Program-made: the position numbers and the translations under genes | Shown here: positions 53,886 through 63,284 of the stretch, one piece after another | How the letters are laid out: every line of letters starts with the position of its first letter | Position numbering within the stretch: the first letter of the stretch is position 1 | The notes under the pieces: model-generated | Databases searched by the model: none | What the model was told of the DNA's origin: nothing | Seen by the model: only the letters and a program-made list of their open reading frames with translations | From: an uncultured Actinomycetes bacterium | GTDB lineage: Bacteria > Actinomycetota > UBA4738 > HRBIN12 | NCBI GenBank assembly: GCA_963728665.1 | Contig: CAVSLG010000006.1 | Span: 36,072 to 100,071, forward strand | DNA length: 64,000 bases | Direction: 5' to 3'

Positions 53886-55037
53886 ATGCCTCCCCGACGA
53901 ACGATCTCCTGCCTCATCGTCATGATCGCTCTCCTGCTGGTTGCGCCGCTTCCGGTCATCGCGCGCCCGGGGTCGTCCGCCGCCGATCGCCTGCGGACCG
54001 CGATCGACGCCATCACCGAGCTGCCCGACGGTCCTCCCGGCGCGATCGTGATCGTGCAGCGCGGTTCCCGGCTGGAGGTCTTCCGGGCCGGTGTCTCCAA
54101 CGTGAGCTCAGGAGCGCCGATGCGACCGTGGCGGCACATGCGCATCGCGAGCACCGCGAAGGCCTACAGCGGCGGCACCGCCCTCTCGCTCGTCGAAGCG
54201 GGCATGCTCTCGCTCGACGACACGATCGCCGAATTGCTGCCCTGGGCCCCCGAGGCATGGGGGGCGGTGACGCTCGGCCAGGCGCTGCACCACACGAGCG
54301 GGTTGCCCGACTTCTCGGCGAGCTCGGCGTTCCTCGACCACGTCGTCGCCCACCTCGAAGACCCGGTCGGCCCGAGACGCCTGCTCGGCTTCGTGGCCGA
54401 CCAAGCCCTCGAGTTCGATCCCGGCACGGAGTACCGGTACTCGAACTCCGACAACGTCGTCGTGGCGCTCATGGCCCAGACGGTCACCGGCGTCCGCTAT
54501 GAGCGCCTGCTCCGCCAGCGCGTCTACCGGCCACTCGGGCTTCACGACACGTCGTTGCCGCGAGGCGTCGAGATGCCGACGCCGTACATGCGGGGATACG
54601 ACGTCGAGAACGGCACTGTCGAAGACGTGAGCGAGTTGTTCGCAGCCGGCTACTCATGGGCCTCGGGCGGCATCGTCTCGACGCCGCTCGAGCAGAACCG
54701 GTTCATCCGGGGCTACGTCGGGCGCGCCCTGTTCGGCGCCGACACCCAGCTCGAACAGTTCGACTTCATCGAGGGCGGGAATTCGGAGCCCACGGGCCCC
54801 GGGCGCAACGCCGCCGGACTCGCGATCTTCCGCTACCGCACCCCGTGCGGCACGATGTTCGGACATACCGGGAACACCCCCGGGTACACGCAGTTCTTCG
54901 CCGCCTCTCGCGACGGGACGAGGTCGGTGGTCGTCTCGGTCAACCGCCAGACGACCCCGAAGGTGCGGCCCGACATCTTCCAGGAGCTGCGAGAGGTGTA
55001 CGCGCTCGCGGTGTGCGCCGCCAATACGGGCGCATAG
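53886..55037 (+). CDS. Secreted serine hydrolase (beta-lactamase / DD-peptidase family)
   Basis: Signal peptide present. The SxxK motif is IASTAKAY. Other motifs are YSNSDNVV and FGHTGNTPGY. Confidence 0.9.
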   Translation: MPPRRTISCLIVMIALLLVAPLPVIARPGSSAADRLRTAIDAITELPDGPPGAIVIVQRGSRLEVFRAGVSNVSSGAPMRPWRHMRIASTAKAYSGGTALSLVEAGMLSLDDTIAELLPWAPEAWGAVTLGQALHHTSGLPDFSASSAFLDHVVAHLEDPVGPRRLLGFVADQALEFDPGTEYRYSNSDNVVVALMAQTVTGVRYERLLRQRVYRPLGLHDTSLPRGVEMPTPYMRGYDVENGTVEDVSELFAAGYSWASGGIVSTPLEQNRFIRGYVGRALFGADTQLEQFDFIEGGNSEPTGPGRNAAGLAIFRYRTPCGTMFGHTGNTPGYTQFFAASRDGTRSVVVSVNRQTTPKVRPDIFQELREVYALAVCAANTGA

Positions 55038-55039
55038 TG

Positions 55040-55076
55040 GGTCCGCGCCGACGGGTGCGCGGACCGATGATTTTCT
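55040..55076 (+). terminator. Intrinsic terminator-like hairpin GGTCCGCGC-cgacgggt-GCGCGGACC followed by GATGATTTTCT
   Basis: Perfect 9-bp GC-rich stem starting 3 nt after the serine hydrolase stop, followed by a T-tract. Confidence 0.6.
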
Positions 55077-55160
55077 GGTCGCGGCGTCGGTCAGACGTTG
55101 CAACCGACCTCCGAGGAGTCCGGCTCGAGCCCTCGTGGTCGAGCGCTGACGATGCCGCCG

Positions 55161-55547
55161 TCAGGGGCTCGTCTCCCACAGTCCCATCACGTTGCCCTCG
55201 GGGTCCTTGAAGTACGCGAACGCCCCCATGCCAGGGATCGGTGTCCTCGGTGTCACGGTGCTGCCACCACCGGCTTCGATCTGCTGCAGGGCTTCATCGA
55301 TCGCGTCGACGTCGATCGTGATGACGGGCCCGGGCGTCCTCTCGGTCCGCTGCATCATGCCCCCGTTGATCGCGCCGGGTTCCGTCGGCAGCTGGCTCTG
55401 CTCGTCCACCGGCGTGGTCATCGCGATCGTGTAGTCGCCATCGCCCATCGACATCGTCTGGAGCTGCCAGCCGAAGATCGAACCGTAGAATCCCTTGGCT
55501 CGATCGATGTCGTCCGCTGGGATCTCGAAGTGCACCACCTTGTGCAT
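55161..55547 (-). CDS. VOC/glyoxalase family protein
   Basis: From the Met at 55547. MHKVVHFEIPADDIDRAKGFYGSIFGW...FKDPEGNVMGLWE. Confidence 0.85.
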   Translation of the reverse strand: MHKVVHFEIPADDIDRAKGFYGSIFGWQLQTMSMGDGDYTIAMTTPVDEQSQLPTEPGAINGGMMQRTERTPGPVITIDVDAIDEALQQIEAGGGSTVTPRTPIPGMGAFAYFKDPEGNVMGLWETSP

Positions 55548-55706
55548 GGGCCGTCTCCCTTCCGCATCCGCTCGGGTCCCGCAATACCTTCCGGCCGGGT
55601 CCGCCATGAGGTCAAGTCCCGTTGATGCGTTCCACCTGTCGCCGAGCCGTCCCGCGTCCGGACGAACCGGTTCCCGGCGAGCGAGTCGGATGCTAGCGTC
55701 GGACCT

Positions 55707-56084
55707 ATGGAGAGCGCTGGGCAGGTCAGCGTGATGCTGAAGACCGAGGACATGCACGCGACCCTCGCGTGGTACGAGCGAGCGGGGTTCGAGGTCCGCG
55801 GCCGGTTCCCCGATGACGGCGAACCCACCTGGCTCGAGGTGGAGCGTGACGGCGTGGTCCTGCAGTTCCTTGCCGGCGAGACCCCATGGCCCGAACCGTG
55901 CGGACTGACCGGCACGCTCTACTTCTACCCGGCGAGCGTCGACGACCTCCACGAACGGATCCGCGACGAGATCGAGCCCGCTTGGGGTCCAGAGGATAGG
56001 GAATGGGGCATGCGCGAGATGGGCTTGCGGGACCCGAACGGGTACTTCCTGACCTTCACCGAGGACTCTCGGCCGCGGACCTGA
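55707..56084 (+). CDS. VOC / bleomycin-resistance-like family protein
   Basis: 125 aa. LKTEDMHATLAWYERAGFEV...MREMGLRDPNGYFLTF. Confidence 0.8.
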   Translation: MESAGQVSVMLKTEDMHATLAWYERAGFEVRGRFPDDGEPTWLEVERDGVVLQFLAGETPWPEPCGLTGTLYFYPASVDDLHERIRDEIEPAWGPEDREWGMREMGLRDPNGYFLTFTEDSRPRT

Positions 56085-56088
56085 CGGG

Positions 56089-56733
56089 TCACGGTTTCCG
56101 GGCGACGAGCCGTTCCACCACGCCCGCGCGGAGACGATCGCTCGCCTCGACCGTGAACCCTGCGGCTTCCACGTGCTCACGTGGGCGGCGGGTGAGCTCA
56201 TCTCGGTTGCGCGACGGCGCCAGCTCCATCAGGCGCTGCAGCCAGAAGAGGGGCAGCACGCTGCTTCGGATGTGGTCGACGAGGATCAGCCGTCCTCTGG
56301 GCTTGAGCACTCGCCGCATCTCGAGCACCGTGGCGCGTTCGTCGGGCACGGAGCACATCGCGTACGTGCACAGCACCGAGTCGAACGTGGCGTCACCGAA
56401 CGGAAGCGCCTGAGCGTCGCCCTCGGTGAGGGTCACCGGCACGCCGATATCTGCCGACCGGCGGCGAGCAAGTGCGAGCATCTCGGGCGTGAGGTCCACG
56501 CCGGTCAGGTCCACACCGCGCGGATAGTGCGGCAGGTTCATACCGGTGCCGATCGCGACCTCGAGGGTGCGGCCCACCGCGCGTGCGCACGCCCACGGGC
56601 GATGGTCGGTGCCGAGCAGCCAGCGCTCGCTTCGGTCGGCGTCTCGGTCGTAGGTCGCCGCTTCCTCGGCGTACTGGCGCCGTCGGCGTCGGTTGGCGGC
56701 ATCGCGGTCGGCCGACGAGTGTGCGTCCGTCAT
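56089..56733 (-). CDS. Class I SAM-dependent methyltransferase
   Basis: From the Met at 56733. TLEVAIGTGMNL is motif I (E/DxGxGxG-like). FDSVLCTYAMCSVPD and LKPRGRLILVDH also fit. Confidence 0.85.
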   Translation of the reverse strand: MTDAHSSADRDAANRRRRRQYAEEAATYDRDADRSERWLLGTDHRPWACARAVGRTLEVAIGTGMNLPHYPRGVDLTGVDLTPEMLALARRRSADIGVPVTLTEGDAQALPFGDATFDSVLCTYAMCSVPDERATVLEMRRVLKPRGRLILVDHIRSSVLPLFWLQRLMELAPSRNRDELTRRPREHVEAAGFTVEASDRLRAGVVERLVARKP

Positions 56734-56846
56734 GGTTGCTCGCTGTCGGGTGTGCCGCACACCGTATGCCATCGCGGCGAGGAGCCGCAATGTGACCTTC
56801 GGGATGGCACGGCGATCGCCGCCGAAATGGAACTACGGGCGCACGA

Positions 56847-57539
56847 TCAACGGCTGGTGAACAAGCTGATCGCGTACCAGAACAGCAACGCGACCGAGGA
56901 GAGCAGCTCGATCGAGGCGCTCACGTAGCGGTCCTGTGGGTAGTCGTGCAGCGCCCGCGACGTGTCGTGAAGGATCGCCGCGACCGCGAACGCGATCATC
57001 GCGACAGAGAACCACGTACCGAGCGCGAACCCGAACATCACCGCGCCGACGATCGCGACGAGCGCCACGATCGCGCCCCACCACAGGAGGCCGCGGAAGA
57101 AGGAGAAGTCGGCGCCGCTCACGAAGACGAGTGCGGTGAGGCCCACGAACGCGAAGATCGTGAGCGTTGCTGCGCTCGCGATCGCCCCCGGAGCCACAAC
57201 GTCGGCGACCCAGAGCAACGGCACGAAGATGATCGACTCCGCGACGACGTAGCCCGCGAGGCCCGCGTACTGCTTGGGACGCGACTCGGTCGAGGCGGCG
57301 AACCCTCGAGCCATCCACGCCACTACGATGAAGGCTCCGAGGACCAGCAGCCAGTTCACCGACAGGAGCGCTCCCGCGATCGTCTCGGCGAGCCCGGTGG
57401 CGAAGTAGGTCATCTCGAGAGCGACGAAGGCGACGACGCCGGCGAGCAGATGCCCGTACGTGCGGATCAGGAACTCGCGCCGACGCTGCAGGTGCTGCAG
57501 ATCCGGTCCAGGGATCGCCAGCTCTCGGTCAACCATCAC
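56847..57539 (-). CDS. Bax inhibitor-1/YccA family membrane protein
   Basis: 230 aa with 7 TM helices. FLIRTYGHLLAGVVAF is a typical N-terminal motif. Confidence 0.85.
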   Translation of the reverse strand: MMVDRELAIPGPDLQHLQRRREFLIRTYGHLLAGVVAFVALEMTYFATGLAETIAGALLSVNWLLVLGAFIVVAWMARGFAASTESRPKQYAGLAGYVVAESIIFVPLLWVADVVAPGAIASAATLTIFAFVGLTALVFVSGADFSFFRGLLWWGAIVALVAIVGAVMFGFALGTWFSVAMIAFAVAAILHDTSRALHDYPQDRYVSASIELLSSVALLFWYAISLFTSR

Positions 57540-57553
57540 TCGTCCTCCATCGT

Positions 57554-58369
57554 TCAGGCCGGGGTCACCCGGAGGTTGTCGAACGCCACCTCGTCGCCTT
57601 CCGACATCGAGAAGGCCCCGAGGGCGATGCCTCGGAACGGCTCGGAGCCACTCGCGTCGGTGACCTGGATCGGCTCCCCGTCGCCGAGCCGCATGGACAG
57701 GGCCGCCCCTTCACCGTCGTTGGCGGTGCCGCAGCTCACCGACAAGCGGCCGGCGCCGCCGGGCCGGAGCACCCCCTCGGCCAGTGGGGTGCGCTCGTTG
57801 AGATCGAAGATCGCGTATGAGCCTCCATCGGCCGGGTCGTAGAAGAAGGTGTACGACCCGCGATCCTCGAAGGCCGTGGCGCCGGATGGGTCGGCGACCT
57901 CGTCGACGCGGTAGATGCAGATCACCGCGACCGCCGGACGACCCGTGATCGCCTCGACGTCTACGTCGACCCGCAGGCCCTTCATCTCGATCGGCAACTC
58001 CCTGTACGCCCATGGGAAGCCCTCGTCCGCGGCGACCGACATGTGGTATCTGCCGTCCTCCTCGTACGCCATCGATCCCGGATCGTGCGGCCACGAACGC
58101 AGGACCTCCGGCTGCGAGAAGTCGTCCGAGAGCACGACGTCGTCCTGGAGGAACGGGATCGCGAGCGCTCCCGCTGCGAGGAGTCCCAGCGCGGCCCAGG
58201 CGACCCTCGACGGGCCGCGAGCGGTCTCGTCCGACTCGGTCGTCTGGGTGGCGGGCTCGGCGTCGTGCCCGTCCGCCGACATGTCGGCACCGCAGACGCC
58301 GCATGTCGACCGCCACGGTGGCACCTCATGCCCTTGCGGACACCTGATGATCGCGTCGCTTTCACTCAT
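57554..58369 (-). CDS. Zinc-ribbon - TM - extracytoplasmic jelly-roll-like domain protein
   Basis: From the Met at 58369. IRCPQGHEVPPWRSTCGVCGA is the ribbon and VAWAALGLLAAGALAIPFL is the TM. The C-terminal GDEVAFDNLRV resembles LamG/DUF1080-type folds. Confidence 0.6.
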   Translation of the reverse strand: MSESDAIIRCPQGHEVPPWRSTCGVCGADMSADGHDAEPATQTTESDETARGPSRVAWAALGLLAAGALAIPFLQDDVVLSDDFSQPEVLRSWPHDPGSMAYEEDGRYHMSVAADEGFPWAYRELPIEMKGLRVDVDVEAITGRPAVAVICIYRVDEVADPSGATAFEDRGSYTFFYDPADGGSYAIFDLNERTPLAEGVLRPGGAGRLSVSCGTANDGEGAALSMRLGDGEPIQVTDASGSEPFRGIALGAFSMSEGDEVAFDNLRVTPA

Positions 58370-58606
58370 GTCGGGTACCTCGTGCGCCCGAGGATGGATG
58401 GGGCGAAGGGTTCTACAACAACGCATCGGCCTCGCACCGAAGAACCTGAAGCGCTCCGCATCGGGCCTGGGAACGACCGTTTCGGGATCACCGGAGCGAA
58501 TAATGATCGGCCATACGTCCGCTCGATCGAGTGGTAGGAGGAGCCTCAACCCCCGTCACAGGGGTAGGGTCGACGCGGGACCAGTCGGTCCCGCGAGGAG
58601 CGATCG

Positions 58607-58804
58607 ATGCCGAAGGTCCAGGGACTGTCGAAGTCCGCGGCGAACTATCGGCCCGCGCCGAAGGACGAGGTCCGATGCTCGGAGTGCATGTTCATGTTCC
58701 CGCGCCTGTCGGTGGGCGGGTGCCGATACGTGCGCGGTGTGATCCACGCGGGCGACACATGCGACGAGTTCACCCCTCGCCGCGCGGCCGGCTCCAAGCC
58801 CTGA
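58607..58804 (+). CDS. Small Cys-containing hypothetical protein (CxxC...C...C)
   Basis: Strong SD GAGGAG 6 nt before the ATG. 65 aa containing RCSECMF...GGCRYV...DTCDEF. Confidence 0.5.
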   Translation: MPKVQGLSKSAANYRPAPKDEVRCSECMFMFPRLSVGGCRYVRGVIHAGDTCDEFTPRRAAGSKP

Positions 58805-58979
58805 CGGCGACATCGTGGCCATCGACAGATGCGCCGGCCCGTAGAAGTACGCGACGCTCTTCACGAGCCCGATCACGCCGCGGTGCGGCCGGAGGCACAA
58901 GCTGAATCAGGTCCTGCAAATCACGTAGGACCGTGAAGGGGTAAGCCGGCGGCGGGCCGAGGGCCGGAGGCCGTGAGCT

Positions 58980-59228
58980 CTACGCCTGGACCGGGACCGG
59001 ATAGACCTCGTCGGCCGGGTGGCCGGCTCGCTCGTGGATCTTCATCACGGCTTCCTTGCTGGGCGCTTCGGAGAGGCACCACACCAGACCCGTGTCTGGA
59101 TCTGCCCAGGCGTGCTTGAAGTCCACTGCCTCATCGTCCTGGATCGCGAGATCCGCCCTATGGGCTTCCGCCAACCCCTCGGGGGTGATGCCTTCCATGC
59201 CCCGATGGACGTCCATGAACTCGGGCAT
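58980..59228 (-). CDS. DUF4242 (SCO4226-like) protein
   Basis: Met at 59228 follows GAGGAGGAGG. MPEFMDVHRGMEGITPEGLAEAHRADL...HERAGHPADEVYPV. Confidence 0.75.
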   Translation of the reverse strand: MPEFMDVHRGMEGITPEGLAEAHRADLAIQDDEAVDFKHAWADPDTGLVWCLSEAPSKEAVMKIHERAGHPADEVYPVPVQA

Positions 59229-59422
59229 CGCCGAACCTCCTCCTCGTGACGGAGCATCCACGGGCAACCCCACCTGACTACACCCGGGAGTGCGACCCGG
59301 TCAAGCCATGGAGGGTCCAGGGAGACGCTGGAACCGCGCGTCCGACATACGATCGGCGAACCAGCGATGATTTCCGACCCCGACCATCGTCGATAGGTCG
59401 ACGGACGACCGAAGGAGGAAGC

Positions 59423-59782
59423 ATGAACCTGAACAGCATCCTGATCGGCTCGGAGGATCCGAAGCGCCTCGCGGAGTACTACTCGAAGCTCTTCGGCGAG
59501 CCGGGCTGGGACGACGGCGGGTACACGGGTTGGCAGATCGGTTCGGGGTGGATGACGATCGGGCCGCACGACCAGGTGCGCGGCCCGAATACCGAACCGG
59601 GCCGGCTGATCTGGAACATCGAGAGCCCCGACGTGAAGGGCGAGTTCGACCGCATGGTGGCCGCCGGTGCGACCGTGGTGGCCGAGCCGTACGACGTCGG
59701 TGGCGACGACATGGAAGGCAGGATCTGCACCTTCGTCGACCCGGACGGGAACTACTTCCAGCTCATGAGTCCGATGGGCTGA
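59423..59782 (+). CDS. VOC/glyoxalase family protein
   Basis: ATG 59423 follows GAAGGAGGAAG. 119 aa ending in FVDPDGNYFQLM. Confidence 0.8.
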   Translation: MNLNSILIGSEDPKRLAEYYSKLFGEPGWDDGGYTGWQIGSGWMTIGPHDQVRGPNTEPGRLIWNIESPDVKGEFDRMVAAGATVVAEPYDVGGDDMEGRICTFVDPDGNYFQLMSPMG

Positions 59783-59794
59783 CGCGCGAGGTCC

Positions 59795-60280
59795 ATGCCG
59801 AAGCGCAGCGCGGGACTGCTGCTGTACCGGCGGGCGGGCGGCGCCCTGGAAGTGCTGCTCGTGCATCCCGGGGGCCCGTACTGGGCGAAGAAGGACGACG
59901 GAGCGTGGTCGCTGCCCAAGGGCGAATACGACGACGGAGGGGATCCGTTCGAAGTCGCGATGCGCGAGTTCGGAGAGGAGCTCGGAGCAGACCCGCCCGA
60001 TGCGAGCGAGGCGGTGTTCCTCGGTGAGCTGCGCCAACCGGGGGGCAAGCTGGTGAGTGCCTGGGCGCTCGAGGGTGACCTGGACATCAGCGTCGTGAGT
60101 AGCAACACGTTCTCGATGGAGTGGCCGCCGCGCTCGGGCCGCACCGCCGAGTTCCCCGAGGTCGATCGCGCGGGTTGGTTCGATCCGGAGACTGCTCGAC
60201 GCAAGCTGTTACGCGGCCAGGTTGCGTTCATCGATCGCGTGGTCTCGGGGCTGTCCGACCCGGGCCCCGCCTCCGACTGA
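59795..60280 (+). CDS. NUDIX hydrolase domain protein
   Basis: The Nudix box is PKGEYDDGGDPFEVAMREFGEELG. The N-terminal part is LLLYRRAGGALEVLLVHPGGPYW. Confidence 0.85.
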   Translation: MPKRSAGLLLYRRAGGALEVLLVHPGGPYWAKKDDGAWSLPKGEYDDGGDPFEVAMREFGEELGADPPDASEAVFLGELRQPGGKLVSAWALEGDLDISVVSSNTFSMEWPPRSGRTAEFPEVDRAGWFDPETARRKLLRGQVAFIDRVVSGLSDPGPASD

Positions 60281-60286
60281 CGTGAC

Positions 60287-60411
60287 CGCAATCGCGCATC
60301 GCGATCATCGGCATCCCGTTCGGCATGCAGGCGTTCAAACTGAGCCTGCTCTCGCTCTGGCCGTTCGGCAGCACTGAGGTTCCCGACGATCAGGGAGCGG
60401 TCGCCGCCTAG
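60287..60411 (+). pseudogene. 5'-truncated YccF-domain remnant
   Basis: Own translation after an in-frame TGA gives PQSRIAIIGIPFGMQAFKLSLLSLWPFGSTEVPDDQGAVAA-stop. It is homologous to the second half of the gene at 48243-48443. No start codon is present. Confidence 0.5.
60296..60370 (+). repeat. Short dispersed repeat, copy B (YccF core)
   Basis: See 48327-48401. Confidence 0.6.
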
Positions 60412-61082
60412 ACCACATCGCTCCCTTCGGGGCTCATCGTGACTGCGCTCACTCCCTCGACGGCCCGCGGCGGGTCGGGAGGGATCACGAGGTTGACCAC
60501 GCCACCGGCGATCGCGCCCAGTGCCGCGCCGCCGACCAGGTCGAGGGGCAGGTGGGCGCCCATGTACATCCGTCCGAACATCACGACGACGGCCACCCCG
60601 GCAGCCGCGAGCGCCCATCGTCGGGGAAGGTAGGCAGCCGCCACAACGGTCAGGGCCGCCGCGACCGACACATGCCCCGACGGGAAGCCGAGGCTCTCGG
60701 GGGAGAACGACTCGCGTGCCTCGACCCCGTCGAGCAGGCTCCCCGGTCGCTGCCGCTCGACGGTGGATTTCACGAGCAGCGCGATCAGGTACACACCGAC
60801 GCCGGCGAGCAGCAGCGCGAGTCCGAGCCGGAAGCGTCGGAAGCAGAACGCCATCACCGCCATCGCAGGGATCGTGATGAACGTGCCGTACTGCATCAGC
60901 GGCCACACGAAGGGGTGGAGGCTCTGGGGCAGCTCGTTCACCGCCTGGAAGACGGCCCGCTCGGCCTCGCTCACGCCGGCGCGCGCGACCAAGCCGCTCA
61001 CCAGCAACACCGAGACGCCGATCGCGACGATGACAGCGTAGGCCTTGGCGGAACGTGTGACGGGCCCGCTCGAGGCTTCCAT
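60408..61082 (-). CDS. PAP2 (type 2 phosphatidic acid phosphatase) family membrane protein
   Basis: From the Met at 61082. KSTVERQRP, FPSGHVS and GRMYMGAHLPLD are PAP2 motifs C1-C3. Confidence 0.85.
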   Translation of the reverse strand: MEASSGPVTRSAKAYAVIVAIGVSVLLVSGLVARAGVSEAERAVFQAVNELPQSLHPFVWPLMQYGTFITIPAMAVMAFCFRRFRLGLALLLAGVGVYLIALLVKSTVERQRPGSLLDGVEARESFSPESLGFPSGHVSVAAALTVVAAAYLPRRWALAAAGVAVVVMFGRMYMGAHLPLDLVGGAALGAIAGGVVNLVIPPDPPRAVEGVSAVTMSPEGSDVV

Positions 61083-61122
61083 CGAGCCTGAGCTTAGCCC
61101 ACCCTCCTCATAGACTGAACAG

Positions 61123-61560
61123 ATGGCGGTCTCGGAACGAGAGCTGGCGTGGCTCCGAGCACATCGTGCCGCCGCCATGATCACGATCGGCGACGACGGG
61201 CTCCCGAAGGTCGCTCGGGTCGGTGTGGCGCTCGTGGGCGACGAGCTTTGGAGCAGCGGCACGATGGACCGGGTCCGCACCGCGCGGCTCCGCCGAGACC
61301 CGCGGTGCACGTTGTTCGTGTTCGATCCCCGCTTCGAATGGATCGCCCTCGAGACCACGGTGACGATCCTCGACGGGCCCGACGCGCCGGCTCAGAACCT
61401 GCGACTCTTCCGGATCATGCAGGGCAGAGATGAAGGACCGCTGAGCTGGTTCGGCGGGGAGCTCGACGAGCCGGCGTTCCTGCAGGCGATGGCCGACGAG
61501 CGACGCCTGATCTACCGGTTCGGGGCGCACACGACCTACGGGCTCACCGGCCACCCCTGA
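61123..61560 (+). CDS. PPOX-class (F420/FMN-binding split-barrel) oxidoreductase
   Basis: 145 aa. AAMITIGDDGLPKVARV...RDPRCTLFVFD. Confidence 0.8.
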   Translation: MAVSERELAWLRAHRAAAMITIGDDGLPKVARVGVALVGDELWSSGTMDRVRTARLRRDPRCTLFVFDPRFEWIALETTVTILDGPDAPAQNLRLFRIMQGRDEGPLSWFGGELDEPAFLQAMADERRLIYRFGAHTTYGLTGHP

Positions 61561-61640
61561 TCCCGGCGCGTGACGGAAGCCGAGGCCGCTGGCGTGCAGC
61601 CGACTTGAGCGGTTCGACCCCCGGTGCGCATGATGGGCGG

Positions 61641-63284
61641 ATGGACGCGAACGTCCGCACGGCCGGCCCTCCGGCGTGGTTCCTCGTCATGGCCCTCGCG
61701 ATCCCGATGGCCGGGCTCGCGCTGTTGCTCGGCGTGCCGTCGCTCGACGTCCACTGGGAGCATCATCCCTCGCACTTCTGGCTCGTCTTCGGCGTCGCGC
61801 TCGTGAACGTCGCGCTGGGTCTGATCACGAGCGAGGTCGCGCGACGAAGCGGCGACGAACGCCTCTTCCTGGTGTCGATGGTGCTACTGACGAGCGCGGG
61901 GTTCCTGGCCCTGCACTCCGTGGCGACACCCGGCGTCGTGCTCGCGGGACCCAACGCGGGCTTCGTCCTGGCCACGCCGGTCGGGCTGCTGCTCGCGTCG
62001 GGATTCGCCGCCGCGTCGTCGATCGAGATGGATGACCGCACCGAGGCGACCCTGCGGCGATGGCAGTCGCCGATGCGCATCGGGCTGATACTGGTGCTGC
62101 TGATCTGGGCCGCGGCATCGATCGTCGAGGCGCCCCCGTTGCGGCAGGTGATCGAGTCGGAGCGGGCACCGTGGCTGCTCGCGCTCCTGCCACTCGGCGT
62201 CGCGGCGTACGCGTTCGCGGCGTGGCGGTACGTGCGCATCTACAGAGAACGCTCGCAACCCCTTCCCCTGGCGGTGGCCATGGCGTTCGTGCTCCTGGCC
62301 GAGGCGCTCGTCGCGATGGCGTTCGGACGGGCATGGCGCGCATCGTGGTGGGAGTGGCACGTGCTGATGGCGGTCGCCTTCGCCACGATCGTGATCGCGG
62401 CTCGGCGCGAGTACAGGCAGGCTCGAGCGCTCGGGGGGACGTTCGACAGCATCTACCTCGACCGCACGCTCGAGCGTCTCGACCGACGGCAATCGGCCGC
62501 GTTGACCGATCTCGTCCGGGCCGATGCGAGCGACACCGTGGACGAGGCGGCGGCCGCGTTGCGCGATCGCGGCTTCACGGGCCCGGAGATATCGGTGATG
62601 ACCACCTCGGCTCGCGAGTTGGCACGCATGGACGGGCTGCTACGGCGGTACGTGGGCCCGCACCTGGCGGAAGGGCTCGATGCGGATCCAGGTCTCGCCA
62701 GCCTGGGCGGCCACGAGCGCGAGGTGACCGTGCTCTTCGCCGACCTCGCCGGCTTCACCGCCTTCTCCGAAGGCAGGACGGCCGGTGAGGTGATCGCGAT
62801 GCTGAACGCCTACTGGGGAGCGGTCGTGCCCCACGTCGTGGACCAGGAGGGCGGCCTCATCGAGCGGTTCGCCGGTGACGCGATCCTCACGATCTTCAAC
62901 GCCCTCGGAGATCAACCCGACCACGCCACCCGGGCGGTGCGCGCGGCGATCGCGATCCGTGACCGGTCCGAGCAGATCCGGGGCGGCCACGACTGGCCTC
63001 GGTTCCGCGTGGGCGTGAACACAGGCGTCGCGGTGGTCGGCAACGTGGGTGCGGGAACCCAACGCTCGTTCGCCGCGATCGGCGACACCACGAACGTCGC
63101 CGCTCGCCTGCAGTCGCTCTCGATGCCGGGGCACATCACGATCGGCGGCCGCACCCTCGACGAGGTCAACGACGCGCCAGGTGTCGTGATCGACGTCCGG
63201 GCGCTCGGCGCCGCCGACCTCAAGGGCAAGACCGAGCCGACGGACGCGTTCGAGCTGCTGTCGGTCTCTGCGACCTCGGGCTAG
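61641..63284 (+). CDS. Polytopic membrane class III adenylate/guanylate cyclase
   Basis: About 7 TM helices. Cyclase motifs follow: EVTVLFADLAGFTAFSE, FAGDAILTIFNA, GVNTGVAVVGNVG and GDTTNVAARLQ. The start is ATG 61641 or TTG 61605. Confidence 0.9.
   Translation: MDANVRTAGPPAWFLVMALAIPMAGLALLLGVPSLDVHWEHHPSHFWLVFGVALVNVALGLITSEVARRSGDERLFLVSMVLLTSAGFLALHSVATPGVVLAGPNAGFVLATPVGLLLASGFAAASSIEMDDRTEATLRRWQSPMRIGLILVLLIWAAASIVEAPPLRQVIESERAPWLLALLPLGVAAYAFAAWRYVRIYRERSQPLPLAVAMAFVLLAEALVAMAFGRAWRASWWEWHVLMAVAFATIVIAARREYRQARALGGTFDSIYLDRTLERLDRRQSAALTDLVRADASDTVDEAAAALRDRGFTGPEISVMTTSARELARMDGLLRRYVGPHLAEGLDADPGLASLGGHEREVTVLFADLAGFTAFSEGRTAGEVIAMLNAYWGAVVPHVVDQEGGLIERFAGDAILTIFNALGDQPDHATRAVRAAIAIRDRSEQIRGGHDWPRFRVGVNTGVAVVGNVGAGTQRSFAAIGDTTNVAARLQSLSMPGHITIGGRTLDEVNDAPGVVIDVRALGAADLKGKTEPTDAFELLSVSATSG

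Noticed and set aside
48243-60411. Two YccF pieces as halves of one gene split by a 12-kb insertion
   Set aside because: The two pieces cover the same homologous positions (IIGIPFG...LWPFG) at about 88% nt identity. They are therefore duplicate copies, not complementary halves.
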